From Vulcanimicrobiota bacterium (lineage in GTDB: Bacteria; Vulcanimicrobiota; Vulcanimicrobiia; Vulcanimicrobiales; Vulcanimicrobiaceae), in NCBI GenBank assembly GCA_963820825.1, contig CAWGBN010000003.1:32001-96000 (forward strand): DNA of 64,000 nucleotides. The letters run 5' to 3'. A model generated the notes under the pieces. That model worked only from the letters and a program-made list of their open reading frames with translations. It was not told where the DNA came from and did no database searches. Of the stretch, positions 56,072 to 64,000 are shown piece after piece (position 1 is the stretch's first letter; the number at the start of each line of letters is the position of its first letter). Position numbers and translations under genes: made by a program.

Positions 56072-57564
56072 TGGGGATCGCCTTGCTGAACGAGATGAGG
56101 CCGGTCAATGAAGTGCTCTGCGCTGAACTTTGCCTTTATCGAGCTGTAGGCGCGCGGCGATTGATTGTAGTTGAAGAGATCCCCGATGCTGTTCGCGCGC
56201 TGATCGGTGGTACCCACCGCTCCGAGATTCCAGTTCTGCTCGACGTATTTCAAAATGCTACCGAACTCGTACTCGGTGTGCGAAATGTTACCGCCTTGAC
56301 TCGAGCTTCCTTTAATCGCATACGGCGAGAGGACCAACATCGGGACGCGAAAGCCGAGGCCGCCCTGCACGCCTTTGTACTGGTGCGGCGCCACGTGATC
56401 GTAGAAGCCGCCCCAGTCGTCCCACAGGACGATGATGACGCTCGAGTTCCAATACTTGCTCTGGCCGACGGCATTGACGACGCTTGCGACCCACGACGGC
56501 CCGTCGTCGCAGTTGCAGCCTTGCCCGGGATGATCGTTGGCATCGTCTTCCGGTATCACCCACGATACCGCGGGAAGCGCGCTCTTCGTGATGTCGTTAA
56601 AGACGTTCGTCTCGGGCCACGAGACGTTCGTTCCCCATTCGGGGCCGCTCCAGACCGGGTAGATCACGTCGAATGCGTTGAGCAGATCGGCATCGCAGGG
56701 ATCCTTCCCGCCGTCGCAATCCGAGCTGGGGCTGCAACCCTGCTGCTTAGAGCTACTAAAGCAAGGCGTATAGTACTTCCACGAAACGCCGGCGGAATCG
56801 AAACGATCGGCGATCGTTTTGTATCCACCGGCGCCGTAGTTCGGGAAGGAGTTCGAGCACGGATGAACGCTGCCGTCGTGCGCAATCTCCCCCTTGATAT
56901 TGATCGTGTAGACGGTGGCGTTGGGATTATCACAGCCCCACGGCCAGTAGGTCGGATTGTCGATCAGGTTCAACGTCGAGCTATTCGGTTTGGCACAGGC
57001 TCGTATGCACGTTCCGCCGCGGATCAGGTCTTGATGTGCGGTGAAGCTGCCGCTGCCCTGGCTTTGAAAGGTGTTGTCGGCCAGCACCCAGCGCTCTGCG
57101 ATATCCCAATATGGCTGGATGTCGGATTGGCGGACGTATTGATAGGGGAGCGATCCGGCCTGTTCGCCGTTCGGACATGCGCCTTTGCCCTCCAGATTGA
57201 AGCCGTCCATCTTTCCGCCGTCGAAATCCGTCTCGAAGGCCTTGTGGCAGTGCTGCAAGTCGGTGTTCATGACGAGCGCATGCGCCTGCAGCGTCTGCCA
57301 CTTATCGACGTACTTGCCTCCCTGTTTTACCTTCTTCTTGCCGCGCATCGCACCGTTGGCGCCGGGAAAGAGCGCGAATAGGTTATCGAAACTGCGGTTC
57401 TCTTGCACGATGATGACGATATGCTGGATCGGCGAGCTGCCGGCTCGTCCAAGCGAGCCCGGCGAAAGCCCCTGCGGCAGCTCCGAGCCGCCGCCGCCGC
57501 AGGCGGCGAGAGCGCAGCTGACGATGGCCGCACCAGTCCAGCAATATAACGAACGGTGCATCAC
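56068..57564 (-). CDS. Phosphoesterase/phospholipase C lipoprotein, paralog 4 (Cys-rich inserts)
   Basis: QENRSFDN, GSFTAH, NDHP, WDDWGGFYDH. Confidence 0.9.
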   Translation of the reverse strand: MMHRSLYCWTGAAIVSCALAACGGGGSELPQGLSPGSLGRAGSSPIQHIVIIVQENRSFDNLFALFPGANGAMRGKKKVKQGGKYVDKWQTLQAHALVMNTDLQHCHKAFETDFDGGKMDGFNLEGKGACPNGEQAGSLPYQYVRQSDIQPYWDIAERWVLADNTFQSQGSGSFTAHQDLIRGGTCIRACAKPNSSTLNLIDNPTYWPWGCDNPNATVYTINIKGEIAHDGSVHPCSNSFPNYGAGGYKTIADRFDSAGVSWKYYTPCFSSSKQQGCSPSSDCDGGKDPCDADLLNAFDVIYPVWSGPEWGTNVSWPETNVFNDITKSALPAVSWVIPEDDANDHPGQGCNCDDGPSWVASVVNAVGQSKYWNSSVIIVLWDDWGGFYDHVAPHQYKGVQGGLGFRVPMLVLSPYAIKGSSSQGGNISHTEYEFGSILKYVEQNWNLGAVGTTDQRANSIGDLFNYNQSPRAYSSIKAKFSAEHFIDRPHLVQQGDPQ

Positions 57565-57576
57565 GAGTGTTCCATC

Positions 57577-59085
57577 CTATTCCGTGTCGGGCGGAATGCC
57601 CGACGGTCTTTGATGCAAGAAGAACGATTGCGGCTCCTGGCCGCCTATTCTCTTGAACGTTCGCGGCTTCATCGTAAAGTCGAAGGCGTTGTGGATGCTC
57701 GTCGATTGCGCGTCGTTCTTGCCCAGCGAGCCGAGCGTCCACGTCTGCTCGACGAATCGCAGGATGCTGCCGAACTGATAGACGGTGTGATCGACGTGCG
57801 GCTTGACGTACGGCGAAACGATGAGCATCGGCACGCGAAAGCCGGGACCGCCCTGCCAATCGTCGGGATGCGGCGGTACAACGTGATCGTAGAAACCGCC
57901 CCAATCGTCCCACACGATGACGATCGCCGTCGACTTCCAATAGGGACTCTCGCCGACCGCGTTGACGACCGACGCGACCCACGACGGACCGTGATCCTCC
58001 GGCGGCGCGCCCGGGCCCGGCGTGGAGCACGGCGCGTGCTGATACTCCGCCGGATGGTCGGAGTTTGCACCGTCGGGGGTAATCCACGAAACCGCCGGAA
58101 GCGCACGCTTCGTGACGTCCCTGAAAAATGCCGTGTTCCGCGCGACGTTCGTATGCCACTCGGAACTATAGCGCACCGCTTTGATCGCGCCGAAGGCGCT
58201 CCAGATGCCGGCGGTGTTGCCGTGCTGGCAGCCCTTCCATCCCTGAACCGGCGTGGCGTAGAACTTCCACGAAACGCCTTTCGCATCGAGCAGATCGCGC
58301 AGGGTCGCGTACGATAAGCATGGGAACGGACCGCCGAAGCGATAGACCTTGCCGTTACGCTTGATCACGGCGGTGCGGACCGACTTATTCGCATCGCAGC
58401 CCCACGGAAAGTACGTTGGATTGTCGATCAAGGCTTCGTTATCGTTGATCTGCGTGCCGCCCGCGATCAGATCTTGATGGCCGGTAAAACTCCCGCTGCC
58501 TTGCGTTTGGAAGGTGTGATCGGCGAGCACGTACTGCTTGGCGATATCCCAATAGGGTTGGATATCTTGCGGATCCACGTATTGATACGCGTAGGTGCAG
58601 GTTGGAAAGCCGCTACCGTCCGCACCGGTACCGGATAGATCGAAACCATCCATCTTGCCGCCGTCGCGCTCGAGCTCGAAGCCGCTGTGGATGTGATCGA
58701 GGTCGGCGTTGTAGTCGAACCTGCCGCCGTTACCGAATCCGGCGCCGAAGAGGTCGGTCTTCTGCAACGGCACCGTCGTCGGCTTGGCGACGACCGGCAT
58801 CCCGCTTCCGCCGCAGTATTGCTGCTCGTCCTTCGACATCGCAGCGGCCTTGCCGGTGGTCGTGCCGTCGGCCCCGGGAAAGGTCGCGAAGAAGTTATCG
58901 AAGCTGCGATTCTCTTGGATGACGATCACTATATGTTTGATCGGCGTCGCGCCGCCGTTTCGCTGCTCGAGGCCGCTCGGTAAGAGCGGCGCGCCGGAAG
59001 GCGCGGTCCCACTCCCACCGCACGCCACGACGCCCGCCGCCAGAGCGAGAAGAATAAAGACCGAAGTGGCGACGCGGGCTCGCAC
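57577..59085 (-). CDS. Phosphoesterase/phospholipase C lipoprotein, paralog 5
   Basis: QENRSFDN, GSFTGH, SDHP, WDDWGGFYDH. Confidence 0.9.
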   Translation of the reverse strand: MRARVATSVFILLALAAGVVACGGSGTAPSGAPLLPSGLEQRNGGATPIKHIVIVIQENRSFDNFFATFPGADGTTTGKAAAMSKDEQQYCGGSGMPVVAKPTTVPLQKTDLFGAGFGNGGRFDYNADLDHIHSGFELERDGGKMDGFDLSGTGADGSGFPTCTYAYQYVDPQDIQPYWDIAKQYVLADHTFQTQGSGSFTGHQDLIAGGTQINDNEALIDNPTYFPWGCDANKSVRTAVIKRNGKVYRFGGPFPCLSYATLRDLLDAKGVSWKFYATPVQGWKGCQHGNTAGIWSAFGAIKAVRYSSEWHTNVARNTAFFRDVTKRALPAVSWITPDGANSDHPAEYQHAPCSTPGPGAPPEDHGPSWVASVVNAVGESPYWKSTAIVIVWDDWGGFYDHVVPPHPDDWQGGPGFRVPMLIVSPYVKPHVDHTVYQFGSILRFVEQTWTLGSLGKNDAQSTSIHNAFDFTMKPRTFKRIGGQEPQSFFLHQRPSGIPPDTE

Positions 59086-59092
59086 GAAAGCG

Positions 59093-60616
59093 CTATTCGC
59101 TATCGGGCGGAACGCCCGAGGGCTTCTGCTCCAGAAAGAACTGCGTCGTATACTTTGCCTGGATCTTTTGGAAGGGACGCGGCGACATCTTGAAGTTGAA
59201 GGCGTTCTCGATGCCCTTCGCGCGCGTGTCTTCCTGCCCGAGTGTGTTGAGATTCCAGTTGTCTTCGATGAAGCGCAGGACGCTCGCCGTCTCGTACTGC
59301 GTATGCTCGACGTGCGCCTTGACGTACGGCGAGATGACGATCATCGGAAAGCGGAAGCCGAGTCCTCCTTGATCGTCGTAGACCGGCGGTGGCACGTGGT
59401 CGAAATAGCCGCCCCAGTCGTCCCAAAGGACGACGATCGCGCTGCTCTTCCAGTATTTGCTCTCGCCGACCGCGTTCACGATCGACGTCACCCACGACGG
59501 CCCGGTATCAATTGGGCCGTTCTTATTCTTCTCGTCGGGATGGTCGGAGTTTGCACCGTCCGGCGTAATCCACGATACCGCGGGGAGCCGCCCGTTCTTG
59601 ATGTCCCCGAAGATTTTCAAGTCGCTCGAGGTAACCTTCGTTCCCCACTCGTCGCTATAGCGCACGTTCGAGATCGCGTCGAAGGCGCTCCAGATGCCGG
59701 AACTTCCGGCCTTGGGATACTGCCACGAGTAGACTTTGTTCGCGTAGTACTTCCAGGAGATGCTGCTTGCGTCGAGCAGATCGCGGATCGTGCCGTTGGG
59801 GTAGGTCAGACAGGGAAACGGACCCGGTTTCTGCTGGCCCGACGTCGTGAGCACCGGAACCGTGGAGTTCTGATACGCATCGCAGCCCCACGGGAAGCCG
59901 GTTGGATCGTCGATCAGACTCTCGGTCGAGTTGATCGCGGTCCCTCCGGCAATCAATGCCTGGTGGGCGGTAAAACTCTCGCTGCCTTGCGTTTGAAAGG
60001 CATTGTCGGCAAGAACGTACTGCTGCGCCATCGTCCAGTAGGGCTTGATGTCCTGCGGATCGACGTACTGATACGTATAGGTGCAGGTGGCCTGCGGGCC
60101 TTCGCCGTCGGGGCCGAACTTCGTGAGATCGAAGCCGTCCATCACGCAGGGATTCGATGCGTTCGGACGCGAGGCCGAGGAGTCGCATTGGAGCAGGTAC
60201 CCGGCCTTCCAGTTGTGCGCGAGGTCGTTATCCCAGCCGAACGAACCGGGAAAGCCCTTGCCCGTCAACGTCACCTTCGTGAGCGTAACTTTGGTGCGCG
60301 TCTTGATCACCGGCTGTTTGCGTGCCGCGCACGAGCTCGCGATCGGCGCCGGCATCGGTTCGGCGTAGCCGTACGTGGTGCCGTTTGCCTTCGGAAACGT
60401 CGCGAAGAAATTATCGAAGCTGCGGTTCTCTTGAACGACGACGATGATATGCGCGATCGGCGAGCTTGCGTTTGGTCCTTTTGCCGAACCCACGGGCGGA
60501 AGCGCGCCGCTTACGGTTCCCGGCGAACCGCCGCTGCACGCAGCGAGTCCGCCCCCGGCGACAACGAGAAAGAACGCGAGGGTTCGGATACGCAATTGCA
60601 AGCAGCCACCTACCAT
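59093..60616 (-). CDS. Phosphoesterase/phospholipase C lipoprotein, paralog 6 (start approximate)
   Basis: QENRSFDN, ESFTAH, SDHP, WDDWGGYFDH; LAAC lipobox places the start near 60595-60616. Confidence 0.9.
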   Translation of the reverse strand: MVGGCLQLRIRTLAFFLVVAGGGLAACSGGSPGTVSGALPPVGSAKGPNASSPIAHIIVVVQENRSFDNFFATFPKANGTTYGYAEPMPAPIASSCAARKQPVIKTRTKVTLTKVTLTGKGFPGSFGWDNDLAHNWKAGYLLQCDSSASRPNASNPCVMDGFDLTKFGPDGEGPQATCTYTYQYVDPQDIKPYWTMAQQYVLADNAFQTQGSESFTAHQALIAGGTAINSTESLIDDPTGFPWGCDAYQNSTVPVLTTSGQQKPGPFPCLTYPNGTIRDLLDASSISWKYYANKVYSWQYPKAGSSGIWSAFDAISNVRYSDEWGTKVTSSDLKIFGDIKNGRLPAVSWITPDGANSDHPDEKNKNGPIDTGPSWVTSIVNAVGESKYWKSSAIVVLWDDWGGYFDHVPPPVYDDQGGLGFRFPMIVISPYVKAHVEHTQYETASVLRFIEDNWNLNTLGQEDTRAKGIENAFNFKMSPRPFQKIQAKYTTQFFLEQKPSGVPPDSE

Positions 60617-60720
60617 TCCAGCCGCCGCTACTTGGGCGCTGGGCTGCCTCCTCTCCTCTTCTTTTTCGTGGAAGTTGACTTTGTTTATCGTTTCGCCGCC
60701 GCGTTGCGCGGAGCGTAAAA

Positions 60721-60999
60721 CTAGTCGTAGCTTTCGCGCACCGTTTCGAGCAGCGTTTGACCGAATTCGACGATCGTGCCGTCGCCGTCGAGCACGTCGA
60801 CGGCGAATCCCGGATAGAAGCTGATAAAGCGCTCTTGTTTCCATCGCGCGACCGACCAACGATCGCGCGCACCTTTCTCGAACGGCCACGGCGGCATGCC
60901 TTCGCGATCGGAGCGAATGTCGCGTCCGTCGGCGGTCTTGACGCGCACCTGAAAGCCTTCAATGCGCGCAATCTTCATCTCGAGCGTTCCGATCTTCAT
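60721..60999 (-). CDS. Small hypothetical protein (92 aa)
   Basis: Globular-looking ATG ORF just downstream of tRNA-Pro. Confidence 0.65.
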   Translation of the reverse strand: MKIGTLEMKIARIEGFQVRVKTADGRDIRSDREGMPPWPFEKGARDRWSVARWKQERFISFYPGFAVDVLDGDGTIVEFGQTLLETVRESYD

Positions 61000-61023
61000 T
61001 GCTGTTATCGTCTCTGAAAAACG

Positions 61024-61101
61024 TGGTCGGGCTGACTGGATTCGAACCAGCGATCTCTAGTCCCCCAGACTAGCGCGATAACCAAGCTTCGCTACAGCCC
61101 G
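61024..61101 (-). tRNA. tRNA-Pro(GGG)
   Basis: CGGGCTG/CAGCCCG acceptor stem, anticodon arm CTAGT-CTGGGGG-ACTAG, GGTTCGAATCC T-arm, encoded CCA. Confidence 0.97.
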
Positions 61102-61416
61102 CTATGTCTTTGACTTCTTCGGCTTACGCTTGCGCGTTCGCGTCCCGCCGACGGCGTCCTTGAGCGAACGGCCGGCGACGAATGCCGGAACGTTATGCGC
61201 GGCAATCGTGATCCTTTCGCCGGTCTTGGGATTTCGCCCCTCGCGCGCCCGGCGCGGCCGAACGACGAAACTCCCAAACGGATTCAACGCGACACGGTCG
61301 CCTTTCTGTAAGGCTCCTTTGATTTCGTTCAGAATTAAGTCGACTATCGCACCGGCCTGGCGCCGCGACACCTCCGCTTCGACCGCGACGGCGTCTATTA
61401 CATCGGCTTTCGTCAC
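61102..61416 (-). CDS. hup: HU family DNA-binding protein with basic C-terminal tail
   Basis: GAGGAG RBS before GTG 61416; TKADVI, FGSF, REGRNPKTGE, PAF. Confidence 0.93.
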   Translation of the reverse strand: MTKADVIDAVAVEAEVSRRQAGAIVDLILNEIKGALQKGDRVALNPFGSFVVRPRRAREGRNPKTGERITIAAHNVPAFVAGRSLKDAVGGTRTRKRKPKKSKT

Positions 61417-61486
61417 GTCGCATCTCCTCGGTCTTACATCAAGGGTATACGCAGGCGGCAGGTGCGCTCCTCCCCGGGGCAAGCGG

Positions 61487-61921
61487 CTAGCGCGCGAGAA
61501 TCTCCGCAAGCGCGCGCAACGCCAGCACGTAGCCCATTGCGCCGAGACCGCTCACGACGCCTCGGCAAGCGGCTGCCGTCACGCTCGTATGGCGAAACGC
61601 TTCGCGCGCGGCGACGTTCGACAAGTGCACCTCGATGGTCGGAAGCGCGATGGCGGCGATCGCATCGCGGATCGCGTAGGAATAATGCGCGTACGCGCCC
61701 GGATTGATAACGACGCCGGCCTCCGTTTTGCGCGCCGCCTGAAGTGCGTCGACGATCGCGCCTTCGCTATTATGCTGCTCGCAGCGCACCTCGATGCCGA
61801 GCTCCCTCGCGGCGGCGGCGATTGCTCCGTCGAGTTCGGCGAGCGTCTGCGTGCCGTAAATCTCCGGCTCCCGCTCGCCAAGCAAGTTGAGGTTCGGTCC
61901 GTGCAAGACCAAAACGCGCAT
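61487..61921 (-). CDS. aroQ: Type II 3-dehydroquinate dehydratase
   Basis: HGPNLNLLGEREPEIYG; INPGAYAH; EVHLSN. Confidence 0.96.
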   Translation of the reverse strand: MRVLVLHGPNLNLLGEREPEIYGTQTLAELDGAIAAAARELGIEVRCEQHNSEGAIVDALQAARKTEAGVVINPGAYAHYSYAIRDAIAAIALPTIEVHLSNVAAREAFRHTSVTAAACRGVVSGLGAMGYVLALRALAEILAR

Positions 61922-61972
61922 CGCTCTCGCTTCTTTAGAGGAAATGCGCGGGCCTCCGAACCAGAGGCGCTC

Positions 61973-62854
61973 ATGCCCGACACGCTCTTAGCCGCATCGA
62001 ACCTCGACGCCGGCGTCGCGCTCGTCGCGGCGATCACGACCGATCTCGTCACCGAGATTCGCGATCGCCACGATCTCTGGCCGACGGCGACCGCCGCAGC
62101 CGGGCGGCTGACGACCGGCGCGGCGCTCTTCGCCGCGAGCCTCAAAGGGAACGAACGCATCTCGCTGCAGATCGCCGGCAACGGTCCGTTGGGAACGCTG
62201 GCCGCCGACGCCTGGTTCCTGCGCGATGGCGCGATCGGAGCGCGCGGTTACGTTCGAAACGCCCGCGTCGAGCTGCCCGTCGACGCCCGTGGTAAGTTCA
62301 ACGTCGCAGGCGCGGTCGGAGCCGGCTCGCTGCAGGTGACGCGATCGAGCGACGTCGGTCAGCCGTACGTAGGCATCGTTCCGATTCACTCGGGTGAGAT
62401 CGCCGAGGATCTCGCCGCTTATCTCGCGCAGTCGGAGCAGATTCCAAGCATCGTCGCACTTGGCGTGCTGGCCAGCCCGAACGGCGTGGTCGCCGCGGGC
62501 GGTATCATCGCGCGAGCGCTGCCCGGAGCCGACGAAACGGCGATCGCGGCGCTCGAGGCGCGCGCCGCCTCGATGGCTCCCCTAACGCAACTCATTGCCC
62601 GCAACCCCGACGCCGGTGCGCTGCTCCGCGAGCTTGCCGGCGGCTTGGAGATGCGATCGTATCACACCATCGACGTCCGCTTCGCCTGCCGCTGCAACCG
62701 GATAAAGGTCGAAGCCGTGCTTCTCGGCCTAGGTGCGAACGAACTCTTGCAGTTAACGCAGGAGCGCGATCGCACCGAAGCGACCTGCGAGTATTGCAAG
62801 ACGCGCTACGTCTTCAGCGCGCAAGAGATTCGCGAGCTCGCGCAGCGTCTGTAG
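61973..62854 (+). CDS. hslO: Hsp33 redox-regulated chaperone
   Basis: GEIAEDLAAYLAQSEQIPS; CRC...CEYC zinc motif. Confidence 0.95.
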   Translation: MPDTLLAASNLDAGVALVAAITTDLVTEIRDRHDLWPTATAAAGRLTTGAALFAASLKGNERISLQIAGNGPLGTLAADAWFLRDGAIGARGYVRNARVELPVDARGKFNVAGAVGAGSLQVTRSSDVGQPYVGIVPIHSGEIAEDLAAYLAQSEQIPSIVALGVLASPNGVVAAGGIIARALPGADETAIAALEARAASMAPLTQLIARNPDAGALLRELAGGLEMRSYHTIDVRFACRCNRIKVEAVLLGLGANELLQLTQERDRTEATCEYCKTRYVFSAQEIRELAQRL

Positions 62855-64000
62855 TTAGTTCGCGCGCGGCAGCACGCGGACGAAGCGCCGCGACCCCACG
62901 GAGAGCACGGCCGGTTCGCCGGCACTCCAGGGAGCATTTGCATCACTTACCGGTTCGCCGTCGACCTTGACGGCATTGCCGGAGATCAGCCGCTCCGCAG
63001 CGCGCCGGCTCTCCGCAAATCCGGCCTTGACGAGCACCTCCGTGACGCGCTTGCAATCGCCGAGCTCGATCTCGGCAAGGTCGCCGGTTGGGATCTCACG
63101 GCGCTGGACCGTTCGTTCGAAGTACTCCCGCGCGGCCGCGGCCGCGCCGCCATCATGGTAGCGCGCAACGATCTCTTGGGCGACGCGCTTCTTCTCTTCC
63201 ATCGGATTGAGCCGGCCGGCGGCAAGATCTTCCGCGAGCCGTACGGAGTCGGCGCGCGAGCGAAATGCCGCAAGACGCGCGTAGACCGGGATCAGCTCGT
63301 CGGGAATCTTCATCAGCTTGCCGAACTGCTCGCTCGCCGGTTCGCCGACGCCGACGTAGTTGCCGAAGGATTTGCTCATCTTCTTCTCGCCGTCGAGGCC
63401 GACGAGTAGCGGAACGGTCGCGCAGATCTGTGGAGGCTGGCCGAACTCGCGCTGAAACTGTCGCCCCAATAAGAGATTAAAGAGCTGATCGGTCCCGCCG
63501 AGCTCGACGTCGGCCTCGATCGCGACCGAATCGTACGCTTGCGCGACCGGATAGAGAAACTCGTGCAACGAGATCGGCACGCCCGAATCGTACCGCTCGC
63601 GAAAGTCGTTGCGCTCGAGCATCTGGGCGACCGTCGTCTTCGCGAGGAGTTTTACCAGATCGGAGAGCGAGAGCGGATCGAGCCATTCGGAATTGTACCG
63701 CACCTCGATCCGCTCGAGGTCGAGCACCTTACCGGCCTGCTCGCGATACGCGCGCATATTGGCCTCGATCTCCTCGCGCGAGAGCTGCGGACGCGTCACG
63801 TTGCGGCCGCTCGGGTCGCCTATGCGCGCCGTGAAGTCGCCGATGATCAGCGTCACGTGATGGCCGGCCTCGGCGAAGCGCTGGAGCGGATGGAGCACGA
63901 CCATGAACCCGAGATGGAGATCCGGGCTGGTCGGATCGACGCCGAGCTTGATGCGCAGCGGCCGGCCGGCGCGCAACCGTTCGCGAAACTCCGCAACGGT
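62855..64000 (-). CDS. tyrS: Tyrosine--tRNA ligase (5' end runs off the window)
   Basis: GVDPTSPDLHLG, GDPSG, LGGTDQ, KMSKS, C-terminal S4-like domain. Confidence 0.96.
   Translation of the reverse strand, partial: TVAEFRERLRAGRPLRIKLGVDPTSPDLHLGFMVVLHPLQRFAEAGHHVTLIIGDFTARIGDPSGRNVTRPQLSREEIEANMRAYREQAGKVLDLERIEVRYNSEWLDPLSLSDLVKLLAKTTVAQMLERNDFRERYDSGVPISLHEFLYPVAQAYDSVAIEADVELGGTDQLFNLLLGRQFQREFGQPPQICATVPLLVGLDGEKKMSKSFGNYVGVGEPASEQFGKLMKIPDELIPVYARLAAFRSRADSVRLAEDLAAGRLNPMEEKKRVAQEIVARYHDGGAAAAAREYFERTVQRREIPTGDLAEIELGDCKRVTEVLVKAGFAESRRAAERLISGNAVKVDGEPVSDANAPWSAGEPAVLSVGSRRFVRVLPRAN

Noticed and set aside
49194..61024. Integrated genomic island at the tRNA-Pro 3' end
   Set aside because: No integrase or transposase, and no duplicate of the tRNA 3' end was spotted in the window
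59093..62854. Extended ORF-track starts (60889, 61130, 61509; also 826, 6306, 8426, 9181, 30920, 38610, 41976, 45513) implying extra N-terminal domains
   Set aside because: The extensions overlap neighbouring genes and lack protein-like features; downstream starts with RBS or signal peptides fit better

Overview
GC-rich, very compact bacterial chromosomal segment. The gene content and style resemble a diderm soil bacterium such as Candidatus Eremiobacterota/Vulcanimicrobiota; that assignment is inference only. From left to right it holds: an RCK-gated K+-channel-like gene with an atypical TIGNG filter; a hopanoid operon (degenerate prenyltransferase, idi, hpnC, hpnD, an apparent hpnE-shc fusion, hpnH; no hpnG) with a divergent diiron ferritin-like gene; a single-polypeptide SGNH-MBOAT acylation gene ending in FIYFKF; an MFS exporter; and a ~16 kb Tad/Flp pilus locus. 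That locus has 4 Flp-like pilins, 3 TadE, 3 TadG-like proteins built from NFNG repeats, a secretin, CpaB, a CpaE-CpaF fusion, TadB/C, two prepilin peptidases and a shared promoter motif. Further right are a surface-glycan modification region (acyltransferase, DUF2079-like protein, tandem double GT87, GT2, two GT4, deacetylase), six lipoprotein phosphoesterase/phospholipase C paralogs, and housekeeping genes (tRNA-Pro-GGG, HU, aroQ, hslO, tyrS). A short REP-like element occurs both between genes and in-frame inside proteins. Several genes are broken by indels in homopolymer or dinucleotide runs. This suggests consensus errors, so the fusion calls also need read-level confirmation. No CRISPR array, integrase or transposase was seen. 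All product calls come from motif recognition by eye; no database searches were run.
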